From positions 78,492,001 through 78,556,000 of the forward strand of contig OX597827.1 of NCBI GenBank assembly GCA_951406725.2: a stretch of DNA of 64,000 nt, written 5' to 3'. Within the stretch, counting starts at the first letter, position 1; every line of letters begins with the position of its first letter. Shown in pieces: positions 14,358 to 24,012 of this stretch. The notes beneath the pieces were generated by a model, which saw only the letters and a program-made list of their open reading frames with translations, did no database searches and was not told where the DNA came from. Source of the stretch: Octopus vulgaris (lineage: Eukaryota). The position numbers were made by a program, and so were the translations under genes.

Positions 14358-14955
14358 CACACATATATACACACTTATTCACCCAAAGCATCTCTCTCTC
14401 TCTTTCATATACATATCAACATTTGTAAATATTTACATACATACATATCTATCATATATATATATATATATTATACACACATTGCATATGTGTATATAAC
14501 ACACACTCAGAGATGCTTTCAAAAACAATAACTAAATCAATGCTGACATCTTGAATTCTAATTAAAACTTCAACAGGCTGACCACATTGATGCAATGCAC
14601 TTGAAAAGAAGCCCTTTTCTCTCTCTCTCTCTCTCTCTCTTTTTATCTTTTCTTGTCTTTCTTTCTTTCAAAGACAAAATTGACATCTTGAAATGTCATC
14701 AACCACCTGTGAAAAAGCTACAAATCACAGACCATCCCCAAATGTTTTGCTTGTATCTTTCTTTCTTTCTTTCTTTCTTTCTGCCTCTCTCTCCTCCCTT
14801 TTTCCCTCTTTCTCTATATATACACATATATAGATAACAAAACAAAAAATCCTCTTTTAGGACAAGAAATTTTCTGTAAAACTGAGAATAAGATATGAAT
14901 GAGATGAAAACACTTATAGAGGATTATCCAAGATTCTGACTGTTTCTTTATAATC
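13820..14955. mobile_element. long imperfect inverted repeat (arms about 13820-14290 and 14510-14955), probable Penelope-like pseudo-LTR palindrome
   Basis: caagatgtcagcattgatttagttattgtttttgaaggcatctct is mirrored by agagatgctttcaaaaacaataactaaatcaatgctgacatcttg; the match continues about 450 bp; microsatellite spacer; hammerhead motif in the left arm. Confidence 0.8.
13864..13910 (-). ncRNA. minimal type I hammerhead ribozyme motif (HH1)
   Basis: CUUAUAU-CUGAGGA-GUCUC(CAUGAAU)GAGAU-GAA-AGCACU-A/AUAAAG: intact core, 5-bp stem II, short stem III, CUA triplet. Confidence 0.7.
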
Positions 14956-15053
14956 TCTACGTGTGTGTGTGTGTGTGTGTTAAATAAAATGGGACAACAA
15001 AGCCAGGGCTGTGTGGAATTTATAGGACATTTATATAGAGAAAGAGAAAGGTA

Positions 15054-15101
15054 GTCTTACAGCTGTTTCTGGGATGTTAGGGATATTCCTTCATCAGAGA
15101 C
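15054..15101 (-). ncRNA. minimal type I hammerhead ribozyme motif (HH2)
   Basis: GUCU-CUGAUGA-AGGAAUAUCCCUAACAUCCCA-GAA-ACAGCUGU-A/AGAC: intact core, stem I GUCU/AGAC, palindromic stem III, GUA triplet; stem II imperfect. Confidence 0.75.
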
Positions 15102-15292
15102 GATGTGAGATGGTTAAATGGAGGGAAATAGTAGAGTTCAATGTAAAGGAGTTATTTTGGAAAAGGATGGATATAGGAAGTATAAAGGGAAATAAGAGAA
15201 TAAAAATAAAAGTAATAATATATGTAGGATTTCACAGTTGCAGTTCCACAATATCATATAAACAACACATATATATATATATATAGGCATAG

Positions 15293-15648
15293 GAGTGGCT
15301 ATGTGGTAAGTAGCTTGCTTACCAACCACATGGTTTTGGGTTCAGTCCCACTGCGTGGCATCTTGGGCAAGTGTCTTCTGCTATAGCCTCGGGCCAACCA
15401 ATGCCTTGTGAGTGGATTTGGTAGACGGAAACTGAAAGAAGCCCGTCGTATATATGCATATATATATATATGCGTGTGTCTGTTTGTCCCCCTAGCATTG
15501 CTTGACAACTAATGCTGGTGTCTTTATGTCCCCGTTACTTAGCGGTTCGGCAAAAGAGACCGATAGAATAAGTCCCGGGGTCGAATTGCTCGACTAAAGG
15601 CAGTGCTCCAGCATGGCTGCAGTCAAATGACTGAAACAAGTAAAAGAG
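15293..15648 (+). mobile_element. tRNA-derived SINE family B; a more diverged copy lies at about 20160-20570(-)
   Basis: Same head, body and tail as 12905-13323 in opposite orientation. Confidence 0.85.
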
Positions 15649-15682
<34 letters not shown>

Positions 15683-15884
15683 ACACACACACTATATGAG
15701 TTGTCCCCCACCTCATTCTCTTTGCCATTCATACAAATCTGTCTTTTTCTCTGCCATCTTGGGTCTTCTGGATACCAATACCTCTCATATATATAGTTGA
15801 AAGTTACAGAAAAGCAAAAGATGAAGCCAGGTGTATAAACAACAAATGGGTTTATTAGTTTAATACTCGGGAAGGTGAGAAAGT

Positions 15885-15920
15885 CTTTTACATTTCGAGC
15901 CTATGCTCTTCAGCAGAAAG
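15885..15920 (-). ncRNA. degenerate minimal hammerhead motif (HH3)
   Basis: CUUU-CUGCUGA-A-GAG(CAUAGG)CUC-GAA-AUGU-A/AAAG; stems I and II form, but the core has C at position 6 (an overlapping CUGAAGA register also exists). Confidence 0.5.
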
Positions 15921-16549
15921 GAACACAGGAAATAAACAGAGAGAGAATAATATGTATGCAGGTGGCACGTAAAAAGCACCCACTACACTCTTGGAGTGGT
16001 TGGCGTTAGGAAGGGCATCCAGCTGTAGAAACTCTGCCAGATCAGACTGGAGCCTGGTGCAGCCCCTGGCTTCCCAGACCCCGGTCGAACCATCCAACCC
16101 GTGCTAGTGCGGAAAACGGACGTTAAACGATGATGATGATGATATATATATATATGTATGTAAATGTAAAAAAATACAAACTAGGACAAAAACGTGAAAC
16201 ATTTAGAAGACGATACAAAAAACGGACGAGACATTCGAAGCCTTATGTGTGTGTGTGTGTGTGTGTGTGCGTGCGCACGCGTACACAGTAGGTTTCCTGA
16301 CAGCTTTTGTCTGCCAGAAAGCATTGGCCACCCTGAAGTTATTAGCAAAAAATATTTCCTTGAGATGCCTTTCAGTGGGACCAAATCTGAAGCCAATTTG
16401 GTGACTAAGCACACTTGATGGCCACACAGCCATGCTTGTATATGCACCCTTATATGTGTGTGTCGGGGAGGGGGCGGAGTGTATGGCACAATAAAGTGTA
16501 CCCAATTCATGCTGAAAGTATTTTGTATTATATAGTTATATAGGGCTTC

Positions 16550-17190
16550 TTGTATGTATGTGTGTATGTATATATGTGTACATATGTATGTGTGTGTGTA
16601 TATATATATATATGTATGTGTATATGTATATATGTATGTATGTGTATATATGTATGTATGTGTGTATATATGTATGTATGTATGTATATATGTATGTATG
16701 TATGTATATATATATGTATATATATATATATGTATGTATATATATATATATGTATGTATGTATGTATGTATATATATATGTATGTATGTATGTATATATA
16801 TATATATATGTATGTATGTATGTATATATATATATATATGCATGTATGTATATATATATGTATGTATGCATGTATGTGTATATATATATGTATGTATGCA
16901 TGTATGTGTATATATATATGTATGTATGCATGTATGTGTATATATATATGTATGCATGTATGTGTATATATATATGTATGCATGTATGTGTATATATATA
17001 TGTATATATGTATATGTATGTATGTATATATGTATATGTATGTATATATGTATATGTATGTATATATGTATGTATATGTATGTATATATGTATATATATA
17101 TATGTATATGTATGTATATATGTATATATACATATGTATGTATGTATATATATGTATATATATATATATATGTATGTATGTATATATATG
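16550..17190. repeat. compound (TA)n/(TATG)n microsatellite; similar tracts at about 35730-36280, 39350-39550, 42040-42150, 59680-59990, 62430-62630, 63400-63590
   Basis: Direct inspection. Confidence 0.95.
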
Positions 17191-18299
17191 ATGGACTTTC
17201 CCATTGTTAGACAACGTATGAGAGTTCAACAATTTCTTATCAAACAACCACACAGATAATACAGTTTTATATTTAAAAGAGGAGGAATTATTTACATTTG
17301 ACGAATATTTCTCCCAAATGACATCAGGCTCTTAACGAGATAAAGTAAATACGACATAAAGTAATTTACGAGATAAAGTAATTCGTTGATTGTAATCGAA
17401 ATTCAGAGTTGCATTGATATACCAAGGTTAAAAGCAATCTGAGCCAATTTAAAGGGGGCTGATTTTGTGAATCAATTTAACTAGGTCCTGATTTGTTTGT
17501 AGGGATCAAATGTTTGTGTCCACATAAGCTCAGTCCTGCAATCAAATTGACATTACCTGTACAGGTGCAACGAGGGTGCAGTGGGACTGAACCCGGAACC
17601 ATGTGGTTGGTAAGCAAGCTACTTACTACACAACCACCCCTACGCCATAAGTGTACAAAAGCATGTGTTGGAACAGATTGATAGTTTGTGAGTGCTGCAC
17701 AGGTAATGCAAGGAGACACCATCGACAAGGAAGATGCTGGCAGTAAGTTCCGAGGATTTAGTGTGTGAGTTAGGAGTTCATCAGGGCCCAGTTCTGGTCC
17801 CTCTTCTGTGTATCAGAGTCCTCCAGACTATCATAACGCAACCCGGAATCAAGAAACACTGAAATAAACCTAACAAAGGGTAACATTTGAGTCAGCAGGG
17901 AAAGGGACAGATTTGGATGAATGGTGAAGAGGGTGGGGGGGGGGCAGCTCATGTGGTGTGTATATATGTGTGTGTGTTGTTTATATGATATTGTGTGGCT
18001 GTGGAGGTGTGTGTATGTGAGTGTGCAGCTGTAATTGTTGTTGTGTATGCATGCTATATGTATGTAGGTGTGTGGAGTATTTGTCAATATCAGTCAGGTG
18101 AGTGTCTTGTTGTGTGTGTGTGCTGTATGTATATGAGGGTGCGTTTATGTATGCAGAATGCTAAAGTATGTCAATTGTTGGGGTGTTGAATAAGTGCTGG
18201 GGGTATTTATCAGTTGAATGTACGTGTGTTTGCATATGCATGCGTGTGTGTGTGTGTTTGAGTTATTGTGTTCTGTCATGTCAAATGTGCATCTTAGTT

Positions 18300-18675
18300 T
18301 GTTAATTTTTTGGCTCAAAAAGCAAAAAGCAAGGCCATGTAGGGGGACATGGAGTTATGTACAGGGTGGTGTTCATGTAAAGAGTTCAGGCCACTATCTC
18401 GTCCGGCAGCTTATTCCAAGGATCCGCAACCCGGACGGAGAAAGCCCCTCTCCTTCGATTGAGGTGAAATCGTCGCAGATAGAGCTTTTCGGAGTGACCC
18501 CGCAGCCGACGCTCTGGAGCAGGAGTGAAGAACAGCTCTTTCGAGAGGTTACACTTCCGCTTATGATGTTGTGAGCAAGAATGAGATCACCACGGCGTCG
18601 TCGTTTTTCTAGAGAATAAAGGTCGAGCGTCTTCAGCCTTTCTTCATAAGACAAATGCTTGAGACCAAGAGCCAT
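18300..18675 (-). mobile_element. 3' end of a CR1-type LINE
   Basis: HLSYEERLKTLDLYSLEKRRRRGDLI...RLRGHSEKL...AFSVRVADPWNKL; near-identical to 54745-55205. Confidence 0.85.
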
Positions 18676-18956
18676 GTATGTGTTAGTGTGGTGTAATTGT
18701 CCAGAGATAGTCATGTGTTTTTATGTTACTTTTAGGTGCGTGTGTGCATATTTGTATGTGTATATGAGTCAAGTGGTTTTGTATGTGTGTGTGTGTGTAT
18801 ATTCACATGTATGCATACCAATGTGATTGTGTGGGTTAAATGGATTGGGGCTGGAAATTCATACCCAAAGGTTCCCTAGGTGTCATGTAGCAGGACTGAA
18901 TCTGACACCCCCAGGGGCTGAAGCGAACTTCTTCCTAACAACAGCTTTACCTCTTT

Positions 18957-19150
18957 ATAATCACATAGCCATACTTGTGTATTACTAAACAGCCATACCT
19001 GCATACAACTACACAGTCGAACCTGTGTATAACCACATAGCTATATTTGCATACAACTACACAATCATACTTGCATATAAATACACAATCATACCTGTTT
19101 ATAACTACACAGCCATACCTGTGTATAACCAGACAACCATACTTGTACAG
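18957..19150. repeat. 24-bp minisatellite (ataaccacacagccatacctgtgt-like), about 8 units
   Basis: Visible 24-nt period. Confidence 0.8.
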
Positions 19151-19173
19151 TATATTAGTAAATTTTGTATTTA

Positions 19174-19494
19174 CCATGTTTTGATGGCCTACAAGATGCA
19201 CGAGTGCATAGGACCCATTCTAGTCCCGGTTATACTTTAGTAAAATAAATTACTACTAAAATAATGTTTTAATTTACCTGTATATCTTTATGTTATTACA
19301 GGTAATTATAAGCAATTTATTGCATCCATATTCGATATAAACATTCTGTAGGCAATTGTTCATCAATAGATGGCAGGACACGTTTTGTAAACATACATAC
19401 CATTTTGAGCCCACATTGAATGCATTGGACGCAGAGGGGTTTTAAATGGCATTTTGGGGTTAAAAAGGTGCCTCTTATAGGCCATCAAATGTGA
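19174..19494. mobile_element. MITE with about 28-bp TIRs (Tc1/mariner-pogo-like)
   Basis: tttgatggcctacaagatgcac ... gtgcctcttataggccatcaaa inverted termini. Confidence 0.6.
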
Positions 19495-19734
19495 TATATT
19501 TTTTCAGTTAATCATTATTCTACAGATTTAGTGTTTTGTTCGTTAAGTTTCCAGAGGTAAACTTTTTAATAGTTTGCAATATGATTTTTATTTCAGTTGC
19601 ATTTTGGAATGGTTGGCCATTGTAACCATTTGATTCCAAAGCAACTGTCCACTTTGGATTTATTTCATGACATGTTAACACTTCCTTTGTAAAATTGGAA
19701 CCTGGTCACCAACAGTCACTTGATTTCATAAAGA

Positions 19735-19820
19735 GGAGTCAGAGTCGGAATCGGAGTCGTAGAGGCGGCAGTAGTACAGGAGTTGGAGTTGAAGTTTTTT
19801 GTTTCGACTCCACAGCCCTG
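19735..19820. mobile_element. terminus of a hAT-like element with GGAGTC repeats
   Basis: ggagtcagagtcggaatcggagtcg...cgactccacagccctg. Confidence 0.5.
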
Positions 19821-20112
19821 GTCTCTACTGACTCCTCACCCTGACAACTATATCTCTATCTGTTTGTCTGTCTATTTATCCATCAATCCACTAACACACC
19901 TCACACACATCTAATATAGAAAAAGATTGGAAGAGGCTGTAGCACTGCCTGTGAGATTTGAGTGTCACCTCTACCTGAAATGTGAAGCTGTGTCAACCAT
20001 TACATCCAGGTGACATCACAACCTTTGACTATCTAAATTAGTAGACTTAAATTAAGTGACTACAATTATACCTGAGATTTCCGTCCACACAATATTCAAG
20101 GTATTGTGTGTA

Positions 20113-20157
<45 letters not shown>

Positions 20158-21014
20158 TTTGTCTTTTTTCTTGTATGTCATTAGACTGTGGCCATGCTGG
20201 GGCATCACCTTGAAGAATTTTAAGTTGATTGAACCACCCCAGTACTTGTTTTTTTTAAAAGAATGGTACTTGTTCTGTTAGTCTCTTTTATGAAACTGTT
20301 AAATTATAGGGATGTAAACACACCAACATCAGTCATTGAGTGGTGGTGGGGGACAAACACTGACACAAAGACACAGAAAATACACACACACGCACACATA
20401 TATATATAGTATATGATGAACTCCTTTCAGTTTTTGTCTACCAGATCCACTCACAAGGCTTCGGCCGACCTGAGGCTATAATAGAAGACACTTGCCCAAG
20501 GTACTGCACAGTGGGACTGAACCTGAAACCATGAAGCTGGGCAGCAAGCTTCTTACCACACAGCTACACCTGTACCTATTATATATATATATCATCATCA
20601 TCATTTATACATATATATATATATCATCATCATCATTTAACATCCGCTTTCCACATGAGCATGGGTTGGACGATTTGACTGAGGGATGGTGAACCAGATG
20701 GCTGTGCCAGGCTCCAATCTTGATCTGGCAGAGTTTCTACAGCTGGATGCCCTTCCTAACGCCAACCACTCCGAGTGTAGTGGGTGCTTTAACGTGCCAC
20801 CGGCATGATATATATATGTTTTATGTAGTCATGTAGTACATCCTTGCTCTTGGCATAGAACTGGTTAGAAAGTTAAGCTTTGGTTTCATGTCAACTGATA
20901 CAGATTGAAGTGTTTCATGCTTTGCTGTTTGCGATGGGTCGGGGGGTGAACACCATGTGCTCGTGTTTTGTTAGAATATTAATGGCCTCCTTCTCTGTTT
21001 CAGATCTCATCTAA

Positions 21015-21167
21015 ATGGCTGTCTTCTACTGCTGTCCTGCCAACTGTTTATATCGATATAAAGTTACGCTGAAGAGCACGTTCCACCATCATCTCCACCA
21101 CCAGAACTACAACACCTCTGAGGAGAATCTACCAAATCTTGTCAGCTGTGAGCTTTGTAATCAATAA
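21015..21167 (+). other. 50-codon upstream ORF in the presumed 5' UTR of ZNF-A
   Basis: Lies 11 nt after acceptor ttctctgtttcag (21003); context aaaATGg; MAVFYCCPANCLYRYKVTLKSTFHHHLHHQNYNTSEENLPNLVSCELCNQ*. Confidence 0.4.
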
Positions 21168-21344
21168 ATTGATTAGAGAGAGAGAGAGAGAGAGAGAGAA
21201 GAGAAAATTAATTTAAAGAAAGAAAAAGATTTTTTTTTAGAAAAAATATTTAATGAGAATTGTAAAGTTTATTGGGATATATTTGTAGAGGAACTGAAGT
21301 GAAAAGGACTTTTGGAAGGTTTTCCTGTCAAACGGGTGATCACC

Positions 21345-22760
21345 ATGTATTCCGACCAACCCATATATCCTACAATGGTGCCACCACCAAACTACCATAC
21401 TTGTGGTCTCCATCTGCAAGACAGCAATGACAACAGCAACAACAACAGTAACAATAATGGTAATAACAATAACAGCAACATTCCTGGTAGCAGTGATGAG
21501 ACGAGTGAAACGAGGGAGGGTTCCGGCTTAAGCAGTCGGAAATCAGTGGCCATGCAGGAGCAGCCGGTTTATTATAATCACAAACATGGGGAGAAGCCGT
21601 ACAAGTGCAACACGTGTCGCAAGGCTTTCTCGAGACGAGCGGATCTGAACAATCACGAAGTAGCGTTTGCTGGGGGCAAACATTTTAGTTGTGCATACTG
21701 CTGCAAGGCATTTTGTCAACGGGCCCACTTGAAGAGCCACGAACGCATCCATACAGGTGAGAAACCATTCCAGTGTGAGTCATGTCCGAAGTCGTTCAGC
21801 CAAAAGATCCACCTGAAAGTCCACGAGAGGGTCCACTCGGGAGAAAAACCCTATCGATGCCACATGTGTTGCAAAGCGTTTGCTCAAAGGGACCACTTGA
21901 GTAACCATCAACGCGTCCACACGGGAGAGAAACCTTTCAGCTGCACGTTCTGTTTGAAAGCGTTCAGTCAGCGTGCGCATCTGAGGAACCACGAAAGGGT
22001 CCATACGGGGGAGAAGGCGTTCAGCTGTTACATCTGTAACAAAACGTTTAGTCAGAGAACTTACCTGCGTAACCACGAGCGGATTCACACTGGGGAGAAA
22101 CCATTCAACTGTGACGTGTGTTTTAAGTCGTTTAGCCAGAAAGCCCACCTCAACACACATGAACGCATTCACACAGGCGAAAAACCATTCAAGTGTCACG
22201 TGTGTAAGAAAGCGTTCAGCCAGCGCGACCATTTGAACAATCACCAAAGAACTCATACTGGAGAGAAGCCATTTACCTGTGTGTACTGTCACAAATCATT
22301 TAGCCAAAGAGCTCACCTGAACACTCATGAACGAACCCATACAGGTGAGAAGATACCGTCACCATGTTGTCAGCCGGCTCCAGCTACGACCTGTTTAGTC
22401 CATAGCTGCAAAGCAGCATCGCCGGTCGTTCCGACCTGCTGCTCGGCACACAAAGTCACCCCCAAACGAAACAATGAACCAAAGATTCAAAACCGACACC
22501 CAAACTACTGCAATCACCACCACCACCATCACCATTACCACCACCACCACCACCATGCTGAATCGCAGGAGTCTGGTGAGAAGTCGTTGGCGGCCAATCA
22601 AGACACCAACAGGAAGACCTACACTCCTCGAGGAGCGAGTTCCACAAAGAACACCGGCCATTGCGAGCATTCTTCATCTCAGCCGGTAGAGACCCCACCC
22701 GCGGCAACGGCCCAGCAACAACCACCACCCCCAGCACCGCCACCACCACCACCACCACCA

Positions 22761-22792
<32 letters not shown>

Positions 22793-22860
22793 ACAACAGC
22801 AACAACAACAACAGCAGCAGCAACAACAGCAGCAACAACAGCAGCAGCAGCAACAACCAA

Positions 22861-22891
<31 letters not shown>

Positions 22892-22967
22892 AACAACAGC
22901 AACACCCAACTCCGGCACCACCTTCCACCCCACATGCTTCGCAGCTCTCCCCCATCGCCAACCCTAG
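21345..22967 (+). CDS. C2H2 zinc-finger transcription factor ZNF-A (8 intact + 1 degenerate finger; poly-N, poly-H, poly-P and poly-Q tracts); true end probably 23226 after correcting a 1-nt frameshift at 22857/22858
   Basis: caccATG start (the ORF-track TTG start is not used; in-frame TGA at 21300); tandem CxxC-x12-HxxxH with TGEKP linkers. Confidence 0.95.
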
Positions 22968-23226
22968 TAACATGGGAAGGGGCAGCAACAACGGTGGCGG
23001 CGGTGGTGGTGGTGGTGGTGGTGGTGTTGGGGTTCAGCAGCCAAACCCTCCCACCCTGATCCTGCAGCCATTGAGTATCCCATCGACATGCAGTCACCAG
23101 ACCCTTCAGAACTGGGAAAATAGCTATTCCTGGGCCAGAGGTTTCCCTGCCATGTCCCCTACCTGGGGCACAGGTTGGACTAATTCCCCCAGTGTCTTCC
23201 CATGTACTTTGAGACAGAGCAAATAG
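22858..23226 (+). CDS. out-of-frame (+1) C-terminal segment of ZNF-A: Q15-HPTPAPP...poly-G...QNWENSYSWARGFPAMSPTWGTGWTNSPSVFPCTLRQSK*
   Basis: PolyQ codons resume in this frame straight after the extra C; the C-terminus aligns with that of ZNF-B. Confidence 0.8.
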
Positions 23227-23403
23227 TCAGGCTCCCATCTCTGCCCCCTGCTTCTTTTCGTCTTCATTTCATCCTTCATTTTTGACAAACACCAAACTAA
23301 TGGACACCTCTACATTAACCATACACAAATACATACGACAAATACATCCTAAACTACACAGTTCATACACACACACGGGTATGTATGTTTATATATATAT
23401 ATA

Positions 23404-23600
23404 TACCGGACTAAACACATAAATGTGAAACAAGGTGGAAAAAAAGAGTACTCAAATACCAGTAGTAGAGTAATATGCTTTATTTAAAGCAGCAGAAAAT
23501 TCAACAAAACCTGTTACTCTGAGTTTCACGTCCGACAAACGGCAACGTGAAACTCAGAGTAACAGGTTTTGTTGAATTTTCTGCTGCTTTAAATAAAGTA
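23404..23600. mobile_element. (TA)n-inserted palindromic element (Penelope-like fragment) in the ZNF-A 3' UTR; copies at 62633-62810 and 63253-63396
   Basis: Perfect 54-bp inverted arms 23478-23531/23545-23598; same leader taccggaNtaaacacataaatgtgaaacaaggtgg in all three copies; hammerhead-like remnant at the centre. Confidence 0.8.
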
Positions 23601-23972
23601 TATATATATATATATTCACATATACACTTGTATATATGTGTGTAAACATATGTAAACAGGGTTACACATCCAAATCAAAGTTTTGTTCATCTGACTTTCT
23701 CTGTCAAACTATACACATCCTCAAATTTTGTGTACAATCGACCAAAAAGCCAATTATTATTATTATTATTATTTAAGGTAGCCAGCTGGCAGAATTGTTA
23801 GCACGCCGGGCAAAATGCTGCCAAGCATTTTGCTTGTCTTTATATTCTGAGGTTGACTTTGCCTTTCATCCTTACTGGGTTGAAAAAAATAAGTACCAGT
23901 TGAATATTGGGGGTCGATGTAATCGACTTAACCCTTCCCTCGAAATTACTGGCCTTGTGCCAAAATTGAAAC

Positions 23973-24012
<40 letters not shown>

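Noticed and set aside
16181-17259. Long ORFs rich in Y/I/H/T/M/C/V (also near 35650-36350, 39310-39630, 59490-60050, 62370-62700)
   Set aside because: Translations of (TA)n/(TG)n microsatellites that lack stop codons; not genes
21312-21344. ORF-track start of ZNF-A at TTG 21312
   Set aside because: Eukaryotic gene; first ATG is 21345 and matches the ZNF-B start context
22395-23097. Antisense and alternative-frame ORFs over the ZNF-A low-complexity region (also 57589-58765 over ZNF-B)
   Set aside because: Shadow frames of triplet repeats and finger repeats; only the +1 frame after 22858 has homology support
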